This document shows positions 51,187 through 61,770 of a stretch of 64,000 nt of DNA, one piece after another. The stretch is from an uncultured candidate division Zixibacteria bacterium (GTDB taxonomy: Bacteria; Zixibacteria; MSB-5A5; UBA10806). A program made the translations under genes and the position numbers. The notes under the pieces are model-generated. The model was not told the origin of the DNA. It did no database searches and was given only the letters and a program-made list of their open reading frames with translations. Position 1 is the first letter of the stretch. The number at the start of each line of letters is the position of its first letter. The stretch lies in contig CAWFQL010000016.1 of NCBI GenBank assembly GCA_963817915.1, positions 256,001-320,000 of the forward strand. The letters run 5' to 3'.

Positions 51187-53310
51187 TTACTTTATGAATT
51201 TTTTCAGATAGTCCAATTTGGATTTGAGCCTCGGATCACTTGGGCCGTAATAGATTGCCTTTTGGTAGGCGGCATAAGCATTATCGACATTCGGCGATGG
51301 CAGTTTCAGATTCAGATCGCCCAATAATAGCCAGAGGTTATAATTGCCTTCATCAATTGTCAGAACCTTTGTAATTTCATTGATGGCCTTTTGAAAATCC
51401 TTATTATCCATATAGATACTGGCTTTTAATATTCCGCCGGCCATCGTGTACGAATTATTTTTCTCGCAATTATTAAGCGCGACAATCGCGGAATCATTCA
51501 TACCAATGGAAATGAGCTCCGCCGCCTCTTCAAATTGCGATGGCTTATACTGTCGTGCCTGCATATTCGGAGATGTTTTGCTGATCTGATAGATATTCAC
51601 CGGTATATTTCTGATATAGTATGTTGCCACGATCGGAGCATTTTTTATCAGTTCGGGATAGTCTTTGGCCATACGCCATTCGCTGGAACCTTCGCCGCCG
51701 CCGCTTTCAACCGCTATATGCGTTGCTGGTATTATATTGAAAAAATCCGTTTCAGTGACCGCCACTCCAAACATCTTAATTGTCGATTTGAAATGATTAT
51801 CCTGAGTCAGGGCCGAACTGTATGGGCCGACAATTACGGCATCGGGGGAAAGAATCTTGCCAAGATCGACCGAGGCGTTATGGATTGTCTTCTGATTCTT
51901 CGGCGAATGGGAATAATACAATGTCAATTGGTAGATGGTTATAAAGAGAATCAGGGAAATTGAAATCGAAATCAGCCCTATATTTAAATAGCGATTTTTC
52001 TTAGCCAGCGAAGTAATTTTAGCGAATTCCAATATAAACGCGGCTATTCCCCCGGCAACCCCGACCAATAACCCATAAGGGATATATTGCATTATCAAAT
52101 TCAGGCTGCGTTCGTTGAAATGGGATATTATCAAAAAATGATATCCGACAAATGACGTTGTCAACGCGGTCATAATATAAAACGGCCAGACCCTGCTTCC
52201 CCAATCCTTGTCCGGATTGAATATTTGTATTATCCATCGCGCGGCCAGATAGCTTAATGCGGGATAAATCAGATAAGCGTAGCGCAATGGCCTGTAATTC
52301 CAGGGAAACAGAATACAGAAAACACCCAAGAACCACATCAAAAAGAAAAGGTCGACCCTGTCAATCTTCTTGAAGAATCCCTTTCTATTCGAGAGAATCG
52401 AACCCGAAACCAGGGATAATCCCAAAAATCCCGCGGCGAATGTTACCGGCTGGAATGTCCACAGCCTGATATCGAATCCATATGAGTATAGCCACACGAA
52501 AAACATCTTGACCGATTCTAACGCTCGCGGGGCGCCATAAAGTCCGGTTGAAATTTCCGACATATAGCCGGAGACATCATTAACGCTTGGTAGATATACA
52601 AACAAAAACCAGACTATTAAAGTAAACCCGTAACCGGATATATACGAATAAAGCGGATTCAGGGTCTTCCAGATTTTACGGTTATCAGACTGCATAACTT
52701 CAACAAATACTACTATCAATGCCGCCGGTAGGAAAACAATCGCCAAAAGCTTGCTGAAAAACGCCGCCGCCGCTAAAAGAGCTCCGCTGATAAATGACGA
52801 TATCGCCCTGTTTTCGGTTCTTAACAAAAAATAGCCGCCCAGCGAAACCATGCCGATTGTTGATACTTCAAGGAACGAGAGCTTGCTGTAATTCAGAAAG
52901 ATATAATTGAATCCTAATATCGCCAATGACGCCAGCCCAAGATTGAAGCTTTTCTGTCTCCAGGTCTGGAATAAAGCCGCAAATGTGATAAATGCAAAGA
53001 GCACCGCGACCGTGTTCGATTGGGCCCGTCCGGTGCCGAATATTTTGAAAATCGGGTAAGCGGCGATTGTGGTAATATTCTTTACGAAAGTAATATACCT
53101 TGTCCCGAATATTTCCCATTTCCCGAATAGGACCTTGTTCCGGGCAAATGACGTATATTGTGGCGGATCGGTAGATAATTCCTGACTGCTGGAAATCCCA
53201 TAAGGCGTATCGCCATTGAGATTATCGAATCTCAAATACATGATCGCTATCAGAATAATCGCCAATAATGAATATTGAATTATTTTGGTTTTACTCGATT
53301 GATCGCTCAA
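51187..53310 (-). CDS. GT-C (PMT/ArnT-like) membrane glycosyltransferase with a C-terminal TPR
   Basis: Multiple TMs, early acidic loop (STDPPQY), LEV, SK and RY motifs, C-terminal TPRs. Confidence 0.65.
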   Translation of the reverse strand: MSDQSSKTKIIQYSLLAIILIAIMYLRFDNLNGDTPYGISSSQELSTDPPQYTSFARNKVLFGKWEIFGTRYITFVKNITTIAAYPIFKIFGTGRAQSNTVAVLFAFITFAALFQTWRQKSFNLGLASLAILGFNYIFLNYSKLSFLEVSTIGMVSLGGYFLLRTENRAISSFISGALLAAAAFFSKLLAIVFLPAALIVVFVEVMQSDNRKIWKTLNPLYSYISGYGFTLIVWFLFVYLPSVNDVSGYMSEISTGLYGAPRALESVKMFFVWLYSYGFDIRLWTFQPVTFAAGFLGLSLVSGSILSNRKGFFKKIDRVDLFFLMWFLGVFCILFPWNYRPLRYAYLIYPALSYLAARWIIQIFNPDKDWGSRVWPFYIMTALTTSFVGYHFLIISHFNERSLNLIMQYIPYGLLVGVAGGIAAFILEFAKITSLAKKNRYLNIGLISISISLILFITIYQLTLYYSHSPKNQKTIHNASVDLGKILSPDAVIVGPYSSALTQDNHFKSTIKMFGVAVTETDFFNIIPATHIAVESGGGEGSSEWRMAKDYPELIKNAPIVATYYIRNIPVNIYQISKTSPNMQARQYKPSQFEEAAELISIGMNDSAIVALNNCEKNNSYTMAGGILKASIYMDNKDFQKAINEITKVLTIDEGNYNLWLLLGDLNLKLPSPNVDNAYAAYQKAIYYGPSDPRLKSKLDYLKKFIK

Positions 53311-53538
53311 GAAATTTTATCCTGTCTTTTTCTTTTATTAACCTGGAAAACATTGAAATATTCCAGAATTAACGCCCAACAATAAACATATTAGATTAGC
53401 AAATGAATCACATGATTGCAACTGCATTTCTGCGCATATTATTTACTGGCGCCGGAATGCGTCTATTTATGACCTTAATCGCGAAATTGATTATAGAGCC
53501 GAATTACCTCTTAGCATAAATATCGCCAAAAATTAAGC

Positions 53539-53622
53539 TTGGAGAATTTGAGCCGAATATGTATATTAGGCGCAGTTTGAACCGGCCCGGGCGGCACAAA
53601 GTCGAACCGGGTCTTTTTTTTT
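53539..53622 (+). promoter_or_regulatory. Putative promoter and leader hairpin with T-tract upstream of typA
   Basis: TTGGAG-N17-TATATT, then ggcccgg..ccgggtc followed by T9. Confidence 0.45.
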
Positions 53623-53717
53623 GTGATTCTCCCTTCAAGGGTTTATTAAACGAACTTTTGTCAGGAGTTCCTAACAAGGCAGGGAACTGCCATTACTAAA
53701 AGGTGATTCTAAGTAAC

Positions 53718-55643
53718 ATGACTTCAGCAGATAAAATTCGCAACGTGGCTATCATTGCTCATATCGACCATGGAAAAACCACGCTCATCGATTCCATCTT
53801 CCGCGCAACCAGAACATTCCGCGATAACCAGCAGGTGGCGGAACGGCTCATGGACAATAACGCGCTGGAAAGAGAACGTGGAATTACCATTCGCGCCAAG
53901 CATTGCACGGTCAGCTGGAATGACTATCTTATAAATATCATCGATACTCCCGGTCACGCCGATTTCTCGGGCGAGGTGGAACGAGTCCTTTCGATGGTCG
54001 ATTCGGTTTTATTGCTGGTCGATGCCAACGAAGGCCCGATGCCGCAGACTCGTTATGTCATGATGCGCGCCCTGAAACTCGGACTTCGACCGATAGTGAT
54101 TATCAACAAAGTTGATCGCCCTCAAGCCCGTCCCGATTACGCATTGAATAAAACATTCGATCTTTGTATCGATTTAGGGGGCAGCGACGAACAGGCGCAT
54201 TTCCCAGTTTTATATGGTTCCGGACTAAATGGCTGGTTTGTAAGAGATCTCGATAACGAACCGCATGAAGGTATGGACGCTTTATTCGAGACCATAATCA
54301 AAGAAGCGCCCGCTCCCAAGGTTGATCCCAATGGCATTTTTCAAATGCAGGTCAGCACACTGGCCTGGAGTGATTATATAGGACAAATCGGATGTGGCCG
54401 TGTATTGAGCGGCTCGTTGAACAAAGGCGATGAATTCACCCGCTTTGTCATGCGCTGGAAGGATGCCGCCAATCAAGACGAGGGCTGGGAATTTGTCGGG
54501 TCATCCAAAGAGAAAGGTGTACATCTTTGGGTAACTCGCGGACTGGAACGGGTCGAGGCTGAAAGCATCAGGGCAGGAGATATCGTCTGGCTTGCGGGAC
54601 CGAGCGAAATCGGTATAGGAGATACATTCTCGGCAAGTGAAAACCCCGACGATGCATTGCCGCCGCTTGCAATTGAAGAGCCGACTGTATCGATGTTCTT
54701 CATGGTCAATACCGGGCCATTCTCCGGCGAAGACGGCACCGCTATCACATTCAGACAATTGAATGATCGCCTGCGAAAGGAATTGCGTGTCAATGTGGCA
54801 TTGCGCATGGAACAACAGGAACGGTCTGATGTCATAAAGGTTTCCGGTCGTGGTGAATTGCATCTTGCGATATTGATTGAAGAAATGCGTCGGGAAGGAC
54901 TTGAGTTTTGTATCTCTCGTCCGGAAGTTATCACACATCAGGATAAATCGGGTCACACACTGGAGCCGATCGAGCAATTAATCATCGATGTCCCCGCGGA
55001 GTATCAAGGGGTCATCATCGAAAAGCTTGCCCGGCGAAAAGGCGAGCTTCGAACTATCGAGAATGCGGGCACTAATGTCATCAGAATGGAGTTTGAGATA
55101 CCGACACGCGGTCTGATTGGCTATAGAACAGAATTTTTAACCGATACTCGCGGCCTCGGAATTATGTCTTCGCGTTTTGTTAGATACGACGAATGGCGTG
55201 GCGAGGTCACATTGCGAAACCGCGGATCAGTTATCAGTATGGATACAGGACCGGCAACAGCTTATGCGATCAGGGGAATACAGGAGCGAGCGATCATCTT
55301 CGTAGATCCGACTGACCGTGTTTATACAGGTCAAATAGTTGGTGAGAATTCAAGGCCTCAGGATTTGCCATGCAATCCCACCAAACGGAAAAACCTGACC
55401 AACCATCGGTCATCAACGAAGGACATTGCGGTTACTATCGATGTCCCGCGCAAGATGTCGTTGGAACAAGCAATGGAATGGATCGGAGCAGATGAATTGG
55501 TCGAAGTGACTCCGAAAGCAATCAGGATGCGAAAGGCGATTCTTGATTCCGACAAACGAAAACGATCGCAGAAAACAACTACTAATCCCATTCAGGGATC
55601 TGGGGCTGATCCGGTTTCGCCGGCAGTGTCCCAGAATTCATAA
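53718..55643 (+). CDS. typA: Translational GTPase TypA/BipA
   Basis: [50 protein letters not shown]. Confidence 0.96.
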   Translation: MTSADKIRNVAIIAHIDHGKTTLIDSIFRATRTFRDNQQVAERLMDNNALERERGITIRAKHCTVSWNDYLINIIDTPGHADFSGEVERVLSMVDSVLLLVDANEGPMPQTRYVMMRALKLGLRPIVIINKVDRPQARPDYALNKTFDLCIDLGGSDEQAHFPVLYGSGLNGWFVRDLDNEPHEGMDALFETIIKEAPAPKVDPNGIFQMQVSTLAWSDYIGQIGCGRVLSGSLNKGDEFTRFVMRWKDAANQDEGWEFVGSSKEKGVHLWVTRGLERVEAESIRAGDIVWLAGPSEIGIGDTFSASENPDDALPPLAIEEPTVSMFFMVNTGPFSGEDGTAITFRQLNDRLRKELRVNVALRMEQQERSDVIKVSGRGELHLAILIEEMRREGLEFCISRPEVITHQDKSGHTLEPIEQLIIDVPAEYQGVIIEKLARRKGELRTIENAGTNVIRMEFEIPTRGLIGYRTEFLTDTRGLGIMSSRFVRYDEWRGEVTLRNRGSVISMDTGPATAYAIRGIQERAIIFVDPTDRVYTGQIVGENSRPQDLPCNPTKRKNLTNHRSSTKDIAVTIDVPRKMSLEQAMEWIGADELVEVTPKAIRMRKAILDSDKRKRSQKTTTNPIQGSGADPVSPAVSQNS

Positions 55644-55677
55644 TTCATTTTTTCAGAGAGGATTTTAAATCAACAAC

Positions 55678-57036
55678 GTGTTCAACAAAGTAAACAGATT
55701 AACTTCATTTAATTTGAATAAAACAGAAACAGTACCGGCCGAGCCCGTCGAAAACGGATTCGATGGCTTGGGCATCAATCAGAATCTGCTTGGAGCCATA
55801 GCCGGCCTAAATTACAGCGAGCCCACCCCAGTACAAAAGCAGGCAATTCCTGCCGCTATAGAGGGCAAGGACATTATCGCAATAGCGCAAACCGGAACCG
55901 GCAAAACCATAGCCTATGGAATCCCGATGATACAGAGGCTGGCACAAAATCGTGGCCGAGGACTTATCGTAGTCCCGACTCGCGAACTGGCTTATCAGGT
56001 CGATTCGGCAATTAAATCAATTTGCAAGGCGCAAAGAATGTTTACCGCGGTTATTATTGGCGGGACATCATTCATTCCCCAATGCCGCGCGCTCGAAAGA
56101 AGGCCGCGAATTATAATTGCGACTCCCGGACGACTTCTCGACCATTACAAGCGCAGAACAATCGATCTTTCGGATGTCACGATTTTCGTGCTCGACGAGG
56201 CGGATCGTATGCTTGATATGGGATTTGCGCCGGATATAAACCGCATCATCGCGACTCTTACTCAGAAGCATCAGACCATGTTATTCTCAGCGACCATGCC
56301 ATCGGAGATTATGGCTATTGCCCGGAAGCACATGATTGCTCCCGTGAATATCGAAGTCGCCCGTTCTGGAGCGTCTCCCGATGAAATCAGCCATGAGATA
56401 TTCTTTGTCGATAACAAAGATAAAACTAAATTGCTCGAAATTCAGCTTCAGCAGCGAACCGGCTCGACTCTTGTTTTCACACGGACAAAACATGGAGCCA
56501 GCAAGCTTGCCGAGCGAGTCAAAGCAATGGGGCATTCGGTTGCGGAAATACATTCCAGCCGTAGCCTGAATCAGAGATTCAGCGCGCTCAATGGTTTTAA
56601 AGCCGGAGATTATCGAGTCTTAGTCGCTACAGATATCGCCGCTCGCGGTATCGACGTCACCGACATCGCTCTGGTGGTCAATTATGATCTGCCATCGACA
56701 TCGGAAGACTATGTGCATCGCATTGGTCGTACCGGTCGTGCCGGCAAAAACGGCCACGCCATCTCATTCGCGACATTCGATCAAGAGAGAGATGTCAGAG
56801 ATATCGAGTATCTCATGAATGCTCCTCTGCCAGTTTCGGAATTACCATTTGCTCCATCTCAGCATCCACCGTCAAGATTCGGCAAAGCACCAAGCTCCAG
56901 ACCGCAGAGCAAGTCCAGGCCGCGAACTTATTCGAAATCATCCAAACCGGCACCGACAATGACCGGACCCGATTTCGAACGTACCTTCGGGCGCAAGAGG
57001 CTTGCTTCCCAGGGCAGAAGCAAACGGAGACGATAA
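55678..57036 (+). CDS. DEAD-box RNA helicase (RhlE-like)
   Basis: AQTGTGKT, PTRELA, TPGRL, DEADRM, SAT, ARGID, HRIGRTGRAG; basic C-terminal tail. Confidence 0.95.
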   Translation: MFNKVNRLTSFNLNKTETVPAEPVENGFDGLGINQNLLGAIAGLNYSEPTPVQKQAIPAAIEGKDIIAIAQTGTGKTIAYGIPMIQRLAQNRGRGLIVVPTRELAYQVDSAIKSICKAQRMFTAVIIGGTSFIPQCRALERRPRIIIATPGRLLDHYKRRTIDLSDVTIFVLDEADRMLDMGFAPDINRIIATLTQKHQTMLFSATMPSEIMAIARKHMIAPVNIEVARSGASPDEISHEIFFVDNKDKTKLLEIQLQQRTGSTLVFTRTKHGASKLAERVKAMGHSVAEIHSSRSLNQRFSALNGFKAGDYRVLVATDIAARGIDVTDIALVVNYDLPSTSEDYVHRIGRTGRAGKNGHAISFATFDQERDVRDIEYLMNAPLPVSELPFAPSQHPPSRFGKAPSSRPQSKSRPRTYSKSSKPAPTMTGPDFERTFGRKRLASQGRSKRRR

Positions 57037-57081
57037 TTCACCCGACATTCTAATTAGAAAATTCTAATAGATTCGTGAAGC

Positions 57082-57120
57082 AAAAGGCAGGTCATCAGAC
57101 ACCTGCCTTTATGATTTTTT
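57082..57120 (+). terminator. Intrinsic terminator
   Basis: aaaggcaggt-catcagac-acctgccttt. Confidence 0.65.
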
Positions 57121-57148
57121 AGGGGAGTGAAGGGGGGTTATGGGCCTA

Positions 57149-58015
57149 TCAAATTATATTACGGCTACCATTGTCAATTCCTTTTCGCCTTGATATATTA
57201 ATTATGCTGGCTAATGCAACTGATAAAACCAATAATAAAATTAGCGATCCGATTATTGATGGACCCGCGGGCAAATTCAATCCAATCGAAACAGTAATGC
57301 CGATTACGCTTCCAAGAAGCCCGATAAGCCAGCCTATTGAAAGACGAACACCTTTGTTTTTGGTAAATAGGAGGGCAATTACGGGAGGGACAACCAGAAG
57401 CGAAAAGACCAGCAGAACGCCTGCGATATGCACGGAGGATGTTACCACCAATCCAAATGAAGCATAAAACAGAAAATCCCACCAACCGATAGACCAACTG
57501 TCTCGAATTGCGCCAGCCCGATCTTCTGAGAGCCGAAAGAATCGCTTTCTAAGTAAATAATGAAAGGTTCCGATACCCGCGTAAAGCAAAGCCGTCGAAA
57601 TCAGGTCATCAAGACGCATTGTCAAAAGAGAACCGGTCAGCATCTCCTGCAATTCCTCAGTTCCCCCTGGATGATTTGCAAGAAGAAGTATCGCCCCCGC
57701 CGAAAAACCCGCATATATGATGCCAATAAACGCTTCTTGCGGAACGCGGTTATCCTTAGTACGCGATATTGAAATTAAGCCAGCACCTGCTAAAGTGAAG
57801 GCGAGACTCACCAAATAGGCTGTCCATGAATGAGGCGCAACCCCCAAAATTATCGCCGCAACTTCGCCGAATGCCGCGGCCTGCGCCATCGAAATATCAA
57901 CAAAGATTACACCCCGGCTGACGACATGAAATCCCAAATATGAATGAATCCCCGCTAATACCAACGCCGCTAATAGAGCCATTTGTACAAATGGATATGA
58001 GAAAAGGCCTATCAT
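57149..58015 (-). CDS. Metal ABC transporter permease (ZnuB/MntB-like)
   Basis: HVVSRGVIFVD, EAFIGIIY, LTGSLL, GVLLVFSLLVVP. Confidence 0.9.
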   Translation of the reverse strand: MIGLFSYPFVQMALLAALVLAGIHSYLGFHVVSRGVIFVDISMAQAAAFGEVAAIILGVAPHSWTAYLVSLAFTLAGAGLISISRTKDNRVPQEAFIGIIYAGFSAGAILLLANHPGGTEELQEMLTGSLLTMRLDDLISTALLYAGIGTFHYLLRKRFFRLSEDRAGAIRDSWSIGWWDFLFYASFGLVVTSSVHIAGVLLVFSLLVVPPVIALLFTKNKGVRLSIGWLIGLLGSVIGITVSIGLNLPAGPSIIGSLILLLVLSVALASIINISRRKGIDNGSRNII

Positions 58016-58908
58016 TTATTGACTCCTACTGCTGATGTAAATCGAGAAATTATCGTATCAAACAAAGTAAAGTAATCATTAGAGGCGGGGTCTCCGTCGA
58101 CTGATGGCGGTACGTTGACAACCTTGGCGCCGGTAGCGACGGCAATGGAATTGGGAACCTTGTCCGAAAAATACGCTTCCTTGCCGATAATCTTTATGCC
58201 GCGAGCCTTAATCATTTCAATGATTTCGGCGGTATGCGAGGCTGTGGGCTCGATGCCGGGCTTAGGCTCGATAAAACCCATTACATCGAGTCCGAAGGCC
58301 TTGCAGAAATATGGCCATGATTTGTGATAGGTTATAATTGGAATCCCCCTTAATGGTTCTGCGGCCGTTTTCCATTCGGTCATTTTAGATTGAAGCTTGT
58401 CGTTGAATTTTTTTAAGCCCACTTCATAAGCCGATGCATTAGCAGGGTCAACCTGCACCAGCCCTTTTTCGATATTATCCGCCATTACCGCGCCGTTGGC
58501 AGGGTCGAGCCAATAATGAGGATTTCCTTCGGGATGAACATCGCCCATGGAAGCATTCACTTGTCCGGATGGCTTCTCTAAAACGTCTATGCCGACCGAG
58601 CAATCAATTACTACGAGCTTACCGTTTCGGGAACCATCAATAATGGGATTGGCCCAGAAATCCAAGCCGAGGCCGATTTTCAAATAGAGATTCGCCCTTG
58701 AAACCATGACCATGTAATTGGGCAAAACCTCGACAAAGTGCGGATCCGATTTGCCGTTAACAATGTATTTGACCGAGATTAGATCTCCACCTATTGCCTG
58801 AGCAATGGAAGCCAGATCAGAGGAGGAGGCCACAACATTCACCTTTGCAACAGCCGATGCGACAGTGAATGTTAATGCGATTAATAGTAAGACAATTATC
58901 GTTTTCAT
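58012..58908 (-). CDS. Metal ABC substrate-binding protein (ZnuA cluster A-I)
   Basis: DPHFVE, DVHPEGNPHYWLDP, TYHKSW, EPKPGIEPT. Confidence 0.92.
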   Translation of the reverse strand: MKTIIVLLLIALTFTVASAVAKVNVVASSSDLASIAQAIGGDLISVKYIVNGKSDPHFVEVLPNYMVMVSRANLYLKIGLGLDFWANPIIDGSRNGKLVVIDCSVGIDVLEKPSGQVNASMGDVHPEGNPHYWLDPANGAVMADNIEKGLVQVDPANASAYEVGLKKFNDKLQSKMTEWKTAAEPLRGIPIITYHKSWPYFCKAFGLDVMGFIEPKPGIEPTASHTAEIIEMIKARGIKIIGKEAYFSDKVPNSIAVATGAKVVNVPPSVDGDPASNDYFTLFDTIISRFTSAVGVNK

Positions 58909-58921
58909 TTATTATCTCCGA

Positions 58922-59995
58922 TTAAAATTGATGTGGTTTATGGGGTCCCAATGACCATAGGAGTTGAACCTCTGCTGTCTGATACGCCTTTTTCAATGCG
59001 CTCCCCTGATCCTGACGCAAAAGAATTCCGACCCGATATGTTTCCTCAGCCAACGCAAACCCTCCAAATACTCCGAACGCAGTCAGATGATTATTTTTGT
59101 CAACTGGACTTTGTGCGTAATCTACGAAGGCTCCCGCATCATACCTCCTGAGGAACTGATAATCAAATGATCCAAATGCGCCGGAAGAAGAGACTTTTTT
59201 GGCCATTGGAGACATAATGCTGTCAGCTTCAATCTTTCGCGAATTCAGAAGTCCTTCGCCAACAATCACCAGCGAGTGATAGATGTCCGGCTTCCATTTG
59301 TATTTGAAATCAATATTACCCATTGTGGCCCAACGTTTGTTGGCATAGTCATGTTCAGCATATAGCCCCGATAATCCGATTTCAATTTCTGAATGCTCCG
59401 CAATCGGGGAAAAAAGTGAAATCCTGCCAATGCCCGCAAACGGCGCCGCGACATTTTTCAACGAATCGGGAAGCAGAAAATTGCCTTGCAGAATGTTAAC
59501 GGAAATATTCAACGCGCTCGATCCAACGGGGATCAATTTATTGACATTTACTCCTATTCCCTTAAGGCCATCTTGCCCAAGGAAATGGCTGTTAACCAAC
59601 GGTCTTTCGATCCATGACCATTGATGGGGATGTTGAGTGTTGATTTTGCCGAAATCAACGAAATATTTTCCGGCCTTGATCTGAATTCCCCACGGCAATC
59701 CCCTTTGAAGCGTGGCATAGGCTTCCTCGATTTCTAATTGCCCTTCGCTCGAAATGCTTAAGATGGCGTCGGCCCGGGCATATGGGTTCAGGTAAGCTCC
59801 CGCGGCCAATTCCAATTCATGAAAATCGAATTGGGGTTTATTGGGGGCAATGTCGCCTGGCGCATTATTATGATCAATAAGCCTGAAATCCCCTATAAAA
59901 CTAATATCGGGATTCACAGTTGTCTGAGGCGATGCTCCTCGGAGCGAAAAAAATCCAAACCAAATTAAGAGCAGGCATAATACCCTTTTTTGCAT
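58922..59995 (-). CDS. Outer-membrane protein associated with metal uptake
   Basis: Signal peptide; NPDIS.IGD, E.EL, IEEAY, FGKINTQHPH, C-terminal GPHKPHQF. Confidence 0.7.
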   Translation of the reverse strand: MQKRVLCLLLIWFGFFSLRGASPQTTVNPDISFIGDFRLIDHNNAPGDIAPNKPQFDFHELELAAGAYLNPYARADAILSISSEGQLEIEEAYATLQRGLPWGIQIKAGKYFVDFGKINTQHPHQWSWIERPLVNSHFLGQDGLKGIGVNVNKLIPVGSSALNISVNILQGNFLLPDSLKNVAAPFAGIGRISLFSPIAEHSEIEIGLSGLYAEHDYANKRWATMGNIDFKYKWKPDIYHSLVIVGEGLLNSRKIEADSIMSPMAKKVSSSGAFGSFDYQFLRRYDAGAFVDYAQSPVDKNNHLTAFGVFGGFALAEETYRVGILLRQDQGSALKKAYQTAEVQLLWSLGPHKPHQF

Positions 59996-60058
59996 AATAT
60001 CCTCCCGTCAAGAAATGAAATGCTTCCTGCTAAATGAGTAATGCGAAAAATAGCGATC

Positions 60059-60349
60059 TTAGCGGAAGATGGGAGGCGCCCGGGGCGTTTTATGGTTTGG
60101 AACTAATTCTAAAGAGAATATAAATTTTAATCTTTGAGGCAAAACACAACATATCGCCAATACTTCAAAGATTATAGGTAACCCTGCAATGGACATCGCC
60201 AATATCGAATAGGCGACGCAAATCGAGCATTCCGGATGATTAAAACCGTCATTGTGAGAATGTAGCGACCCGACAATGATGATATTTAGAAGCAAAACGA
60301 TAATCCCAATATTAATTAGGGAATGTATATTCCTTAAAAGCTTGGTCAT
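60059..60349 (-). CDS. DUF2946-like leader protein (TM, HxH..HxxCxxC, C-terminal RAPP)
   Basis: MTKLLRNIH..hydrophobic..LHSHNDGFNHPECSIC...KTPRAPPIFR; AAGGA RBS. Confidence 0.72.
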   Translation of the reverse strand: MTKLLRNIHSLINIGIIVLLLNIIIVGSLHSHNDGFNHPECSICVAYSILAMSIAGLPIIFEVLAICCVLPQRLKFIFSLELVPNHKTPRAPPIFR

Positions 60350-60586
60350 TATCATTTCCTTTTCGGCAATAAGCTCAATTTCGCCTTCGGGCTCTATTAA
60401 CTTGTTAATATAATTGTTTGTTCCAAGCAATGATTTTTTTCAACAAATAATTTAATCAGAGAAAATACCCGTACTAATTTTCAATAAATATGGCGCTTGC
60501 AATTCATTTAATTCAAAATTTGAGCTTGTATTTAAACCAAGGATCATCGGGATTTAGGCTATCGATACCGCTAATATAATAACTGT

Positions 60587-61480
60587 TTAACCCTCTTTAT
60601 GAAATACATCGAATATCGCTTTGATGGCCGGATGCTCGATTCGTCTTTCCGCAGTTACCGCGTAGAAGCGTTCTTTGACATGGGGAAGCCGAAGCAATGG
60701 TTTTACGTGAAGCTGCTTACAGATCGAAACCTCGATGAAGCTGGGAACGGCGAAAATCCCGTGAGCGCTCATTCCATATTCGGCAAGCATTCCGCTATCC
60801 TCGAATTCCGCTATAACGTTGGGCCGAAGCTTTTTGGCAACAAACCATTCATCAAGCCCGCGTCGCAAGGAAGTATTCGCTGTTGTAAGCAGAAAAGGAG
60901 CGCCATTTAGAGAATTCGGAACGTTTTTTCGATATTTGGAGACAACCGCGGGAACCGCTACCAAGCTTATGCCGCTTTCAATTAGCAAATGATTAAATAC
61001 TTTAAAGCCCGCCGATGGCGGGATTGGATTATCTACTAAAAGCATATCAAGAGCATGAAGGGTCAGTTCCGGCAGAAGTCTTTCGTATCTGCCCTCATTA
61101 CACAATAAGCGGATATCCTTATTTTTCGTCCAAATCGGTTCAAGAATTTTTCGAGCGGTCTGCTTGGATATGGCGTCCACAATGCCCACCGTAAATACCT
61201 GCGGCCTGCCGGTCGGTCTGTCGCGAACCGTATCAAGCATTTCATGGCCAAGCAGAAATATCTCGTCGGCGTATTGATAGACAATTCTGCCCATTTCGGT
61301 CAAAACAAGCTTTCGACCGGGACGATTAAACAGCTTTTCGCCCAGTGATTCTTGAAAATCTTTAAGCTGACCGCTAACAGTTGAAGAGGAAAGATGGAGT
61401 TTTGCCGCCGCCGGGGCAATTCCACCTTCTTTAACGACAGAACAGAAATACAGTAAATGATGATAATTAAGCCACTCCAC
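60587..61480 (-). CDS. LysR-family transcriptional regulator, NhaR-like
   Basis: MEWLNYHHLLYF, STVSGQLK..LGEKLF, YADEIF, EFEDS, ERRIEHPA. Confidence 0.9.
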   Translation of the reverse strand: MEWLNYHHLLYFCSVVKEGGIAPAAAKLHLSSSTVSGQLKDFQESLGEKLFNRPGRKLVLTEMGRIVYQYADEIFLLGHEMLDTVRDRPTGRPQVFTVGIVDAISKQTARKILEPIWTKNKDIRLLCNEGRYERLLPELTLHALDMLLVDNPIPPSAGFKVFNHLLIESGISLVAVPAVVSKYRKNVPNSLNGAPFLLTTANTSLRRGLDEWFVAKKLRPNVIAEFEDSGMLAEYGMSAHGIFAVPSFIEVSICKQLHVKPLLRLPHVKERFYAVTAERRIEHPAIKAIFDVFHKEG

Positions 61481-61493
61481 GGTCTAATAATAC

Positions 61494-61508
61494 TTCGATT
61501 TATTCGAA
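61494..61508. promoter_or_regulatory. LysR-type operator
   Basis: TTCGA-TTTAT-TCGAA inverted repeat containing T-N11-A, immediately upstream of the LysR gene. Confidence 0.55.
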
Positions 61509-61770
61509 TATTCCAGTCAATAATTCCAAATTGACTAATTATTGTAATGATATTTATTGGAATTGGAGCCTTGACCGCCAATTGATACGGACGGTCTTAA
61601 ATGAGACAATCTTGCCTAAGCGGACAATAACGGAATGATGGATAGTTCGCTATTTTGGTTTCAATATTTGGATTTGGAATAGGAGCGTTTTAATACATGT
61701 CAGCGACTCCAACAAGAAAAATACGATATTTGCGATATTCTCTGTTGACCTCAATATTGGGCGCTACTTT

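Noticed and set aside
61510..61770. NiCo, fluoride or yybP riboswitch upstream of the CDF gene
   Set aside because: Conserved core motifs could not be found by eye; an Rfam scan would settle it
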